DNA from: Flaccisagitta enflata | Lineage: Eukaryota | Direction of reading: 5' to 3' | DNA: 64,000 nucleotides | Assembly: GCA_965153355.1 (NCBI GenBank) | Contig: OZ231126.1 | Coordinates: forward strand, 9,672,001 to 9,736,000 | Shown here: one piece after another, positions 14,001 through 26,000 of the stretch | Position numbering within the stretch: the stretch's first letter is position 1 | Layout: every line of letters starts with the position of its first letter | Notes under the pieces: model-generated | The model's database searches: none | What the model was told of the DNA's origin: nothing | What the model saw: the letters and a program-made list of their open reading frames with translations, nothing else | Translations under genes and position numbers: made by a program

Positions 14001-17000
14001 TCTAACTGAATCTGGTAAAATTTTTGATCAATATGACCCTCAAAATTTTTGGGAGACTCTAGAAGCAGGTGCTAAAAAGTGAATTTTCCCACCATTTTGG
14101 CTACTTTGGTCAAAAAATTTGGGCACTTCCTAGTAAGAAAAAGACAAAAAATTCAGGGGCAAATTAAACTACAGTTCGAGATCAAACCAGTGGTGCAATC
14201 GGCATGTCAACATGTTGAAGCATATAGATTTGGCAGAGCTTATAGGCTCATAATGACCTAAAAATGTCATTCCATCATACCCACTTATATTCTAAGCTCT
14301 GCCAAATCTATATGCTTCAACATATTGACATGCCGATTGCATCACTGGTTAGATCTTGAACTGCAGTTTAATTTGCCCATGAATTTTTTGTCTTTTTCTA
14401 TCTCGGAAGTGCCCAAATTTTTTGACCAAAGTAGGCAAAACTGTGAAAAAAATCACTTTTTAGCACCTGCTTCTAGAGTCTCTCAAAAATTTTGAGGGTC
14501 ATATCTATCAAAAATTTTATCAGATTCAGTTAGAGCATCAAAAACTCTTTAATTTGGTCACCAATTTCATCTGAATTTGTCAAGCCAAAGCGGAGATATA
14601 TCAAAAATTGTAAAAAATGTCAAAATTGACCACCAAATTCATCTGGTAAAATAACCCTCATACCCTTCCATCTTTGAAATGTTCTCACATCTTAACAAAA
14701 AATGATAGCAACATGCGGATTGCACCACTGGTTAGCTCTTGAGCTCTAGTTTCATAATCTCATGGATTATGGGTCAAATTGCAGAAGTGAAGTGGCCCGA
14801 TTCTGAGCCCAAAGTGACCAAATTTCAACATTTTCACCACAACCACCTTTGAGTGGTGATAAATAAATGGAACTCGCGGTCCCTAAAATGGATCAAAGAT
14901 GTCAAATCTCTTTTGTTCTAGGTAGTTATATTATAAAAATAATCAAAAACGATCGGGTACATAGGTTTTTAGCATACGAGGGGGAAAACATACCGTCAAG
15001 TGCGAGGTCTCTTCCGTGAATTTCGCAATCGTCCGGGGCGTGTGAATTTTTTCGAACAGAGAAACATCCGCCGCGACCGAGACCTGGAACGTCGCTTGCG
15101 CTGGTCAATTTACGAGGAATCCAGCCTTAATCTCGCAACCCTTTTCGGCGATGCAAAGGGTGACGAACTGACAACGCCACCGTTCTTTGGCACGAGCAGA
15201 AGGTATTGCATCCGATCCGAACGACAATCACAGCGTCACGCTCGGCTCACTGGCTTCAACGGCTTCGGGGATTACGGCATCGGCAACCTTTTTGTGGAGC
15301 AACCCCCTGCACCGCCATCACCGCCGAGACCGTTGGCACCACCGCCAGAAGACGACTTCAACCAGTGGGTAGCGAATTTGGAAGCTGCAGTAGAAGGCGC
15401 GGTTGGAGGCGTCGACGAACAGCAGGACGAGTTTGCAGCGGCAATCGCCATAGCCGCTACAGGAGGTGAGGTTGACTGGAGCAGGTTTGCGGAACGCCCC
15501 CTGTACATCGACAAGACTAGGACCAGACTAGGGTTTTGCCTGATCGGCGCTAGGACGGATATAAAACGTGCCTTGGTGATTGCAGTTGTCAGGATTAGAG
15601 AAACCTCTCCGGGTCTCAACGCGAGAGCCGCTTGGCGCCAACTGGTTGCCCGCCTCCAACGGGAAAGAGTTGTCGAGACGGAACTCGAAGCATCGCGCAT
15701 GTGGACCTTTGCCCTCAACGAACCAGCAGGAGCACACTTCCGTTCCATCTTTGAAGCAGACTTCGCCGTCCTCTACGACCTGTGGGAACGCTTGTAATCT
15801 CGGGATCACTGATGGGACCCGTGTATATATACTTGTTTTAGTAAGTTTAGCCGCAGTTTTAACTTTGTAGTGTATATTGACGTTTATTTGCATATATTGA
15901 CGTATTCTGTTTACCATTGTTCATTACTCCTTGTGTTTTAGCCCTGTCTAGGTGTTGAGTCTATTCACGTAGTCTTGAACACCCTGTCAGCAAGGATCTA
16001 CTGGCAGACAGGCCGGGGTTAATTCCCCATACTTCTATAACAACAATGGCGGAAAGAGGAGCAAGTTATATCCCGATAGAGGATTTCCGACCGGACTATC
16101 ATGACCCGGAGGAGTGGCTTACGCGCTTCGAAAAAGCGGTGGAGTTGGCGACGAACTGTCAGGATGAAGCAAGGCTAAAGAAACTTTACCTCGCGTGGCT
16201 CCCGATGAAACTGGATGATGGAACACGGCTGTTATTGAGTGGCGCTGTCAACAAGGACAATTGGGCAGAGCTGAAGAAGGAATTCAAGGGGCTACTCATT
16301 ACGCCACAGGACAAGTACAACTGGCGCTCAGGGCGCAAAAGGATTACTTGGGATGGCCGCGAGAACTTCCACGCTCTCGCCGCGAGAGTCAAGCGCACCA
16401 TAGACAGGTACGAAGATCGGCCACGGGAGGCGGACTACTACCATGAGTTCCGCTTAGCACTGCCGAGGAATTACCAGCAGGCAATTGACCTTGGTCACAC
16501 TGCGGAATCGCTAGCTGAAGCGAAACGCATCGCGCTCAGATGCCAAGCCGCCCTGACAGGGGGTGACGACGGCGCAGGGGCAGCAGGCGAGAAATCGGTT
16601 GCCTTTGTCGGAGGGGCATTGTCTGAGAACAAGCCAAGAGATCAGGACAGACTCAAGGAAGTGGAAATGAGCCTGCAGGGAATGTCGATTAAGGTCGACA
16701 ATCTTGCCAGCGAGTTAGCAAAGAATGCCAAGGAAACAAGGGTGGAGAGAGCCCGCAGTCCTACGCCGGGCCCATTCGGTCGCCAGCCTCTCGGCGCAGA
16801 GGGGGTTTCCTACGATGTGGGCCCCAGACGCCAGAGATACGACAGCCGCGAGCGGTTCAACCAACGACACCAAGACCAGGACCGCTTTGACGACGACGAC
16901 TATGTCTACTCCTTAAGCCAAGTTCAAAGGGATGCCAACAGGCGGTCAAGAGATGAACAACGATACCCACCGCCACGAGACTACCGATACCCGCCAACAC

Positions 17001-20000
17001 AAGACTACCGATACCCACCGCCACAAGACTACCGATACCCACCGCCACAAGACTACCGATACCAACCGCCGCAAGACTATCGATACCCGCCGCCACAGGG
17101 CTACAGCCAAGGGGGAAGCGGAAGCTATGGGTCCAGCCCCCGCCGAAGTGGACAACAGAGTTACGGGGGCTCGAGTAATTACGGCAGCGGTGGCAATAGG
17201 GGCTCAAGCCCGAGTGGAGGACGCGGATACAGCCCAAATCAAGGCAGAGGGTTCAGGTCAAACCAGAATCGCGGACCCAGTCCGAGTGGAGGTCAAAACC
17301 AACGCCCAAACTCAAGCCAAGGGTCAGGCAGAGGTGGCCGCACCGATGGACGGCCTCCTCCGACGGCACCAGATGTTAGCCAAGGAAGCCAATACCAGGG
17401 CATGGAAAACGAGGAACAGTACCAATGGTTCTGTCAGGCGGTGCTGGAAAAAGAACAACGAGACGCGAGACCTCCGCCAAGCGCCCCCGCTAACCAGTGG
17501 GGACAGGATGAGTCGGAAAACTACTAACCGGCCATGCTGCGGGGCAAGCACGGGCCGGTCCAACATTAGCAGCCCTAATCGACGTGACGAATGAATATGA
17601 CGAGGAAAGCGAAGATGAAGGTCCCCCGGGCTTGATCGACACAGATGGGGAGGATGAGTTCGACGACCCCCGCTTCCAACACAGCGAACCGCCTCCTTCC
17701 CCCACCCTTTGGGAAGCAGCAAGTGACGATGATGATGGTGACGACGAAACCCCAGACCTATTGGACACGGATGATGAAGATGAAGAGACAAATGTCAAGG
17801 AATTCTTCGCATCTGCAACCGCATCCCCCGACCCACCACCCATCAGGCTCCCCGAACCTTGAACACCCCCGAAATGGAGAGCCACTGTGTACATATCTTT
17901 TGGTAGAACAGCATTACCAGCGCTCGCCGACTCTGGTTGTACGACGAGCTGCATATCGCATGATTTCTTTGTTCGTAACCCTGTCTTTAATGAAACTTTT
18001 GCCCCCCAACACACTGAAGGCCGAGCCATTAACGGAACTGAGGTGCCATCCGTCGGCGAGGTCAAACTCAACTTCTGGATGGAAGGCACACCGATGTCCA
18101 TCCGGTGCAAGGTCATCAAAGGCTTAGTTGAACCAGTCATCTTAGGATGGGACTGGATGTCTAAGTATAATGCGATCCTCGACGCAGGAAAAGGAACACT
18201 GGCATTCAAAGGAGGATCCACGGATTTAGTCGAAAACCCTTATTACGTTGCATCATGCCTCTACCGGACAACGGAAGAAGTTGTTCTGCCGCCTTTCTCT
18301 AAGGTCCACCTCAGTGTTGAACTGCAACACAATCGCGATTCATTCAACAATTGTACGGATACTGTCATTACGGAGCCATTCTCTAACAATGGAGCAACCT
18401 ACTGGGCTTCCAGAAGCTGTTCGAAAGTTAAGGATAACAAGTTCCGGACGGAACTCATTAACAGCACCAATGACAGCATCAAAATTGAAGCAGGTAGCGC
18501 GATTGGCATAGTTGAATTCATTAACGAAGAGAAGTTTGATGCCGCTGTGGAGGTGACAGAAATGTTCTGCAGCTACAGCGACATTGGTCCGAGTCAGGAC
18601 ACCGGGCCTGGCCAAAGGGACCAAGCGGACCAACCCCCCCAGGAGGAGGCACTAGAGGATTCCCCCGAAACTGACAACGTAGAAATACCGCCCGGCGCGA
18701 AGCGGTTGAATGTCGACTACTCACAAGTTGCAAAAGACGCGAGGAAGGATATTCCCCGAATCAAAGCCTTAGTCAAGAAACACTCTAGTGCATTCAGCGT
18801 CCATGATCGCGACTACGGGAAAACAGATTTGATTCAGTATCGCGCGAACTTGAAGGACCCTGATCTGCCTCCGGTTTCACAGAAACCGTTCAGGACTTCA
18901 CCAGAGATGCGGAAAGTCATTGACAACCAGGCCCATCAAATGCTAGCGGACGGTCTGGTTGGTCATTCCACGAGCCCATTCTCAGCACCAATTCTGCTCG
19001 CGAAGAAGAAGTGTGGTGGATGGCGCTTCCTTACTGATTTCCGGAAAATCAACGAGCGCTGCAACAAGGTCGTCTTCCCGCTCCCAAGGATCGAAGATTC
19101 AATCCAAAGGCTGGAAGCCCCTCGTTATTTCTCCACGATGGATTTAACGAAGGGCTTCTGGCAAATCCCAGTCCACAAGGAGGACCGGAAGTTCTTTGCG
19201 TTTTCGACAGAATCCATGCACCTCGAGTACTTGGTCGCACCGATGGGCGCCAAGAACAGTCCGAGCTGCCTCAGCGCCTTGATGCAATTGGTACTTCGAG
19301 GCCTTCCCATCCAACATGTGATTTCTTACCTCGACGATATTTTAGTCGCCGACGACAACATGGAAGATCACCTCAAGCACCTTGACCAAGTCTTCGCTGC
19401 ACTAGCCAAGGCCGGACTCAAATTGAATCTGGCCAAGTGTGCGTTTGCACGCGAGACGGTGACCTGCCTCGGACACAAATTGTCCAGAGAAGGAATTTCC
19501 CCGGATCCCACAAACACCGATAAAATCCGAACGTGGAAATCGCCGAAGAATGTGAAACAACTTCGTACGTTCCTTGGACTGACGGGATACTACCGGCAGT
19601 TCGTGAAAGGTTACAGCGAGATCGCCAACTGCCTTACGGACCTCACAAGAGATGGTGCGAAGTGGGAATGGTCAGACGTCCACCAAAAAGCGTTCGACAC
19701 ATTGCGGGACACCCTGATATCGGAGCAAATCATGTGCTACCCAATTTTCACTCTGCCCTTCATTGTGAAGACGGACGCATCGCTTACAGCCATTGGGTAC
19801 GTCCTCACCCAGAAGCTGGAAGGGAAAGAGCGCGTGATATCGTATGGATCCAAGAAACTAAGCGTTCAACAGAAACGATGGGCGACATATGATCGCGAAT
19901 TCTTTGCGTTGGTCTCTGGGATCCGAGCCAACGCACACTACTTGCGGCACAACACATTCATCGTAGTGACTGATCATCGCCCACTCCTGGCGTGGAGAAG

Positions 20001-23000
20001 AATTGACGCGAAGAAAGACCCTACGGGACGTCGAACGAGATGGTCGATCGAGTTGGACAACTACGACTTTACCCTCATCTACAAGAAGGGTATCGCCCAC
20101 GCTGACGCTGATGCTATGAGTCGACGTGGCGACGACGATGACGAAATCGCTGTAGACGACGAGGAGTTTTGCGCTTTTCTCTGGGGCCAATGGAACGATC
20201 CACCCGAATTGTGCTTTCTAGGGATTGACCACGAAGTGGAAGGATCCATCGTCAATCTCAACGCTGACAAAGAAGAGAGGAAACGATTGTGGCGAATGCA
20301 AGAGGCCGACCCAATCATCTCAAACGTCAAGGCGTTTGTCAAAAAGCGTAGGAGTCTTCCCGCGTCGTTCCCAAATCTGTGGTTCAAAAAGAATTTCCAT
20401 CTTCTCACAATCAAAGATGGCATCCTTTACTGCAGAGACTACGCCGCCTCTATCAACAAAATTGTCCTCCAAGCAATTATCCCGGATTCCATGGTCAATG
20501 AAATTCTATCCGATCTCCATGGATCGACAAGGGCAGGACACTTGGGCTCAGAAAAGCTCCTCCTCATGATAAAGAGGTACGCTATCTGGCCAACGCTGGG
20601 AAACGATGTGGAGGAATTCGTGAAAACCTGTAAGACCTGCGACCAGCTTCGAGAACAGGTGCCAAGGCCAAAGACGCCGCTTCGCTCCATCATCGCACGC
20701 CAGGTCTTCGATCACGTCATGTGCGACCTGGTGTCTTTCGAGCCTTCCAAGGGCTACAGGTATGTTCTCGTCTTTAAGGATGTCTTCTCAGGGTACATTC
20801 GATGCTACAAGCTGCGTAACAAAACCACCGATGGGGTTGTTAAAGCTTTTCAAGACCTCATCTGCACCCTGGGTCCACCGAAGCTGCTCACCAGCGACAA
20901 TGGCGGCGAGTTTGACAGCAATGACCTGCGACGCGCTTGCAAGGAACTTGAGGAAAAGCGAACAAGCGTACCCTACAGGCCCCAAAGCCAGGGAAACGTG
21001 GAACGACAAAATCGTACGCTGATCAAGTACCTCCAACACCAACTTATCGATAAAGGCAACACTTGGGCCGACCATCTGTCGTTGGTTGAATGGATCCACA
21101 ACACGTCCCCGTACGCGAGGACCAAGATGGCGCCATACTTGCTCTTCTTCGGTCGCGAACCGCCGCGTCCCCCGCTCGCTCAGTCCAACGATGTGGCTGA
21201 CAGCGGAATCAGCAGCAGTTCGTTCTTCTCAAAGGTGAAAGAGCAAGCTAAAGCAATGCAACCACACACGCCGCCAACAGCGAAGCCCGACGATGGCGAC
21301 GCAACAGTCAAGATCGATGGTAGCAAATTCTACTCCGACTTGAGAAAACAAGCAGTTGCGAACGTCGACGAAGCTAACAGAAGGGCAGACATCCATCGCG
21401 AAAAGGAAGCCGCAACCTATGACCGCAAGGTCAAGCACGTCCCGTTCCAAGAGGGAGACTCTGCGTGGGAGGAGACTATCCGAAAGCACAAACTCCAACC
21501 AAAATGGACTGGGCCGGTAGAGATCGAGAAGCGGCACAGCCACCCATTGGGAATCGGCACGACGTATGACATCGCCAGACCGAATGGAACAACGGCACGG
21601 AGAAACTACGAACAACTCCGCAAAGTCAACGCCAAATTCGACGAAGCGATGAAGACGCCAATCTCTCCAAAACGCAAAGGAAAAACCAACGAACTCAATC
21701 ATGTGGCGGTCCTCTGCTTCAAGCCGCCGTCGCCACGACGACCCATGGTCTCGCCGCCGCTTTCACCAACAATTGCACAACCGGCGCCGGCGCTCCCTCC
21801 ACCGATGCAGCCAACTCCAGTGGGAGGGTCAAATCCAAACATCCCCGCCAGCGATGCAGGGGGATCTCCCACGTTACGACAAAGGCCCGCCGCTGGGGAA
21901 GTCGCCGCTGGGGAAGTCGCCACTGGGGAAGTAGCTCCCGAGCCTGCCGTCGAAGAAGCAACGCAAACAAACGTTGTGCAAGACAGAAGTGAAGCGACGA
22001 CCAGCCCAAGTTCGAGTGCAGAAGAACCAGCTGACAACTCGGCGATCCAAAGCCTTCCTGCCGAGCCCGCATCAGTGAATGATATCGGCTTCCTTCTAGA
22101 TTCAGGCGAGACCGGACCCTCGAGTCTTGCAACCACTCCACAACGCGACGACAGTCCGGACGACAGTGATAATCAATCCACCCCAACCATGTTGCACCCG
22201 CCTCCACATCCGCTGTTAGCCGAGGAACGAGGAAGAGGACGCCAAAGCGCAACCTCTGATCGCCAGGTGAGTGACGGAGGTAGCTCAAGTCCGGGGTCAA
22301 GCCCAGCGACGCCACGGTACCGTCGCCTAGCATTTGGAAGAGGTGGTGGACTTCCTCCAGTGTGCAAGATTGAAGTGGAAGCCCTGTCGAGCAATGATGA
22401 AGGTGATGAGGCAGGATTCGTCTCAGCCAATTCTTCAGTGGATGCCACCCCAACACGACAAGCCGCCGAACACAGGGCCAACGAAGTTGATCTACTCGCG
22501 TTCGACGACATTGTGCCTGGGTACATGCTTTTGACCGACGAAGGCAGCGTTGCGATCCGGCGCGTTGCAAATGTCGATGTGGAGAACCCAACAGCTCCTA
22601 CAGAAACCGATGAACCAGCGGGATCGACGTCAGAAGCAGAAGCAGATGACCAACACGACCTCCAGGAGAAAATCCGCCCACCAAAGAGAAGAAGTCACTC
22701 CAAAGATCCTGAATACCGTGCAAACTTGAGAGAATTCCACAGGAAGAAGTCCGCAGCGCAACAACGGGATGCAAGAGGAAGATTTCTCTCAAGAAAGAGT
22801 TCTGAATCCAACGTTGATTAGTGCTTCTGTTATTCTAGTCCCTGTTCGAGATGATTTGCTAACTGATGAATGGGGAAGTCAACCTAGCCTTTTGTTTGCT
22901 ACTTTATTTAATGACCTATGTTTCCGCCTATAACGATGTATGGCGACCGGAAAGCATTGTGTACCTCTGTGATCAGTTATTATTGCATTGTTAACATGTT

Positions 23001-26000
23001 TTGTTATCGCTTGTGACGATGTATAGCGATTCTTTGACATTGCACCACTCGAATATGATCATGTTCCTTACCCCCCCCCTAACGGATAATGATGTGTCCC
23101 GTTACTGGGGAAGTTGTCTCATGTACCAAATGTAATACAACTACCTTCAGCTGTGATAAAATGGCATTAGTTAATGGACGAATTTGCGCAAATTTGGATT
23201 AGATAAATTGGTCTTAGTATAGAAAGATGTCCTGAATGAGTTAGACCTAAAAAGGAAGAAATCAATAGAAAGAAATAAAAAGTGGAAAACGTGGGCAGAA
23301 AACAAAAATAAAGAGAAACGAAACCATTATGCTATGATCATGATAATCCATGCTTTTCTGCTTTACCCTCTGAAGGTGATCGATCTTAGCTCAAATGCTG
23401 CTCTGAAAGATGTCAACAGCTCAGCTGGATCAAATCACGAAGCAAGTTGGAATTCTGCACTTACCTTGACGTCGGAAAGGTATGTCTGGTACTTACGTGT
23501 ATTGCTATGGTGGATATAATGGCAGAATTGATTTATCATGAATGTGTGAATGAATTTTGATGGCCAGCGATTGAAGTGAGAATGGATGGATTGATTCTCA
23601 TAATAATCTAACATTAGTGTACACATATAAATCACACATTCCTAACCATACAATAGGAAGAATTCGCGATTTGACTGGCCCTGGAAGACACATTATCAAT
23701 TACGGGTGGTTACCAAGATTCGATCAAGAACCAGAAGAAGCAGACTCACGCGAAACACTAATTTTGTCATTCAGTCAGAAAAATAAAAAGGATATGACGA
23801 TGTAGTCCTTTTTTTCAGTGGGACTATTGAATAAGTGTTTCTACCTCATATATTTTGTGTCTCAACAAATCTGGTTGTAACAGAGTAAATGAAAAAGAAA
23901 GGTGACGATGTACTTTCTTATTTTCCTAGCAACTGCCACGTTTAAAAAGAGTTATGTTAATCTCAGCTTTGATCATGATCTAAATTGTTTTCTCCCATGC
24001 TTTATCGTTTATTTGCTACTTGATCGTGAATGAAATTAAAAGTAAATTGAAATTTGTTAAAACCATTTCCACAATTTCAGGAGTATCGGATATAATCAAC
24101 CATGTCGGTCTTTAAGGGCCTGACACCCGCACAGTCGTCGTCACAACCAGTAGGGAGAGGGATTCCCGCTGGAATGGAGACAGAGTTACAAAATATCCAC
24201 ACCATCTATTGTGACTTTGAATTCAAAGACCCCGAGTTGACCCCAGGATTCCCACCCTTGGAAACCGACCTGAAAGAGTTGGGTCCTTTAAACACTCGTG
24301 ATGGCGGCTATTCAGAGTTGGCAAATGATCGCCGCATAGACGATTTTTTCCACAACCTCGAAATGGACAGGTTTAAGTGTTTTACCCTTCCAAGAAACAG
24401 GATCACTTACGTTGATAACTACGACAAAATGCGCGAGGTTTGTAGGAAGACGCTAGACGCCATGGACCGTAACGGCGCGAAGGATTTCCTTCTTGGCATT
24501 GACCAGGAGAAAGAAGGAGCAACCATCCAAACATCCATCGAGATATGCGACGCTGACGGTAAGGTAGAATTCGAGAGTCATGTGGTCTACCAAATGAGGT
24601 CGGCCAACCCGCGATTGCGGAGCCTCGCCAAATGTGGTCCTCTTGTGGAGCTCATCCGTCTAGTTACCGACAAACGTGTGATGTTGACGAGCGTAGGAAT
24701 GCGCAAAGACGGAGAGGAAATTTACAAGGCTCTTGGGATTTCGGATGATAAGCTGAAGGAGATGCGCTACATTGAGATGCAGCAGCTCTACACATTTTGT
24801 TTCAATTTGTTATGGGGACCACGTGATGCGCGTAGGTATTTGATTGCCAACCACTCCAAAGATAAGTACGTGAAACAACATTGGAGTTACCTTGGCAACG
24901 TAGGTCTCAAAACCATCGTCAAGCTCGCGTTTCCTGGTTGGACGATGGCCAAACGTCTCATCTGGCGCGACGGTTTTAACAACTTTGACCTCAAATACGG
25001 TCCTCTAAGTTACCCCCTTTTGCAATATGGGGCCCTCGATCCATACTTGCAACGTCGTGCCACAAAGCAATTAGCGGAAGAAATCATGGGAATTCCCGTC
25101 CAGTATTTTGTGCGCGGTTATGGTGATAATCAGTGGGAATTGGAATGTGATAACCTCACCGACATCCTGGAGGTCCTGGCTGGGAGCAAAGATGTGCCCC
25201 AGTTACAGCCTCAGGACGAACAAATTGGGAAAAACATCGAGAGATTCCGCGCATCCACTTTCTCGATCCATTTTGTAAACAACCAATTCCAGATTAGGTT
25301 TGATCGCACGAAAAAGGAATTGCTTAAAGCAAAGTCGAAAAAGCACCATCTTGATAAGCGGTATCGCCAAGTATGGATTGATCCTTCTCAGGAAGTGTTG
25401 GCGTCGCGTCCATTAAGAGCCAAAATTGTTGTGTTGTTAGAATCGGGCTCCGTTCGAAAACCGGTGTACGGTCCCAAAGCCGTTGTTGTACACGACGATG
25501 GCGAAGAACAACAGCCTATCTTGGAGAAGGAAAATCCAGGATCGAACGATTTGGACTGGTCGGGCCTGAATCAGGAACAACCGGTGACTCTCGGCATGGA
25601 GGACATCAGCTCGACCGATGACGACGACAGCGACGACAAAGAAGGAATCGGCGATGACAAAGGTGAGGAAAATTTCAGTGACACGAGGGTTGTGGAAAGT
25701 AAAAATAAGAGTCCTCTTATAATCAGGGTTTGCAATGATACCATTATGAACGATGTCTATGGTGATGATACTCTGTTTGTTGATACTAACCCACCTACTG
25801 CTTCATCCTCTACTTCATCTTATGTCACTGCCTACTCCCCATCGCATCCTACCGCATCACCACCGCGTATGGTAGAAAAGCAACAAACGCCTCAACCTTC
25901 TCCCGTTTCTCACAAAAATCCGCCACCGCCGCCGCCTCCGCCGACTGTTCCAGAGGAGATGATTCAAGGACCGGTCCAGGGTTTCCGGCCGGTCTCAGGT

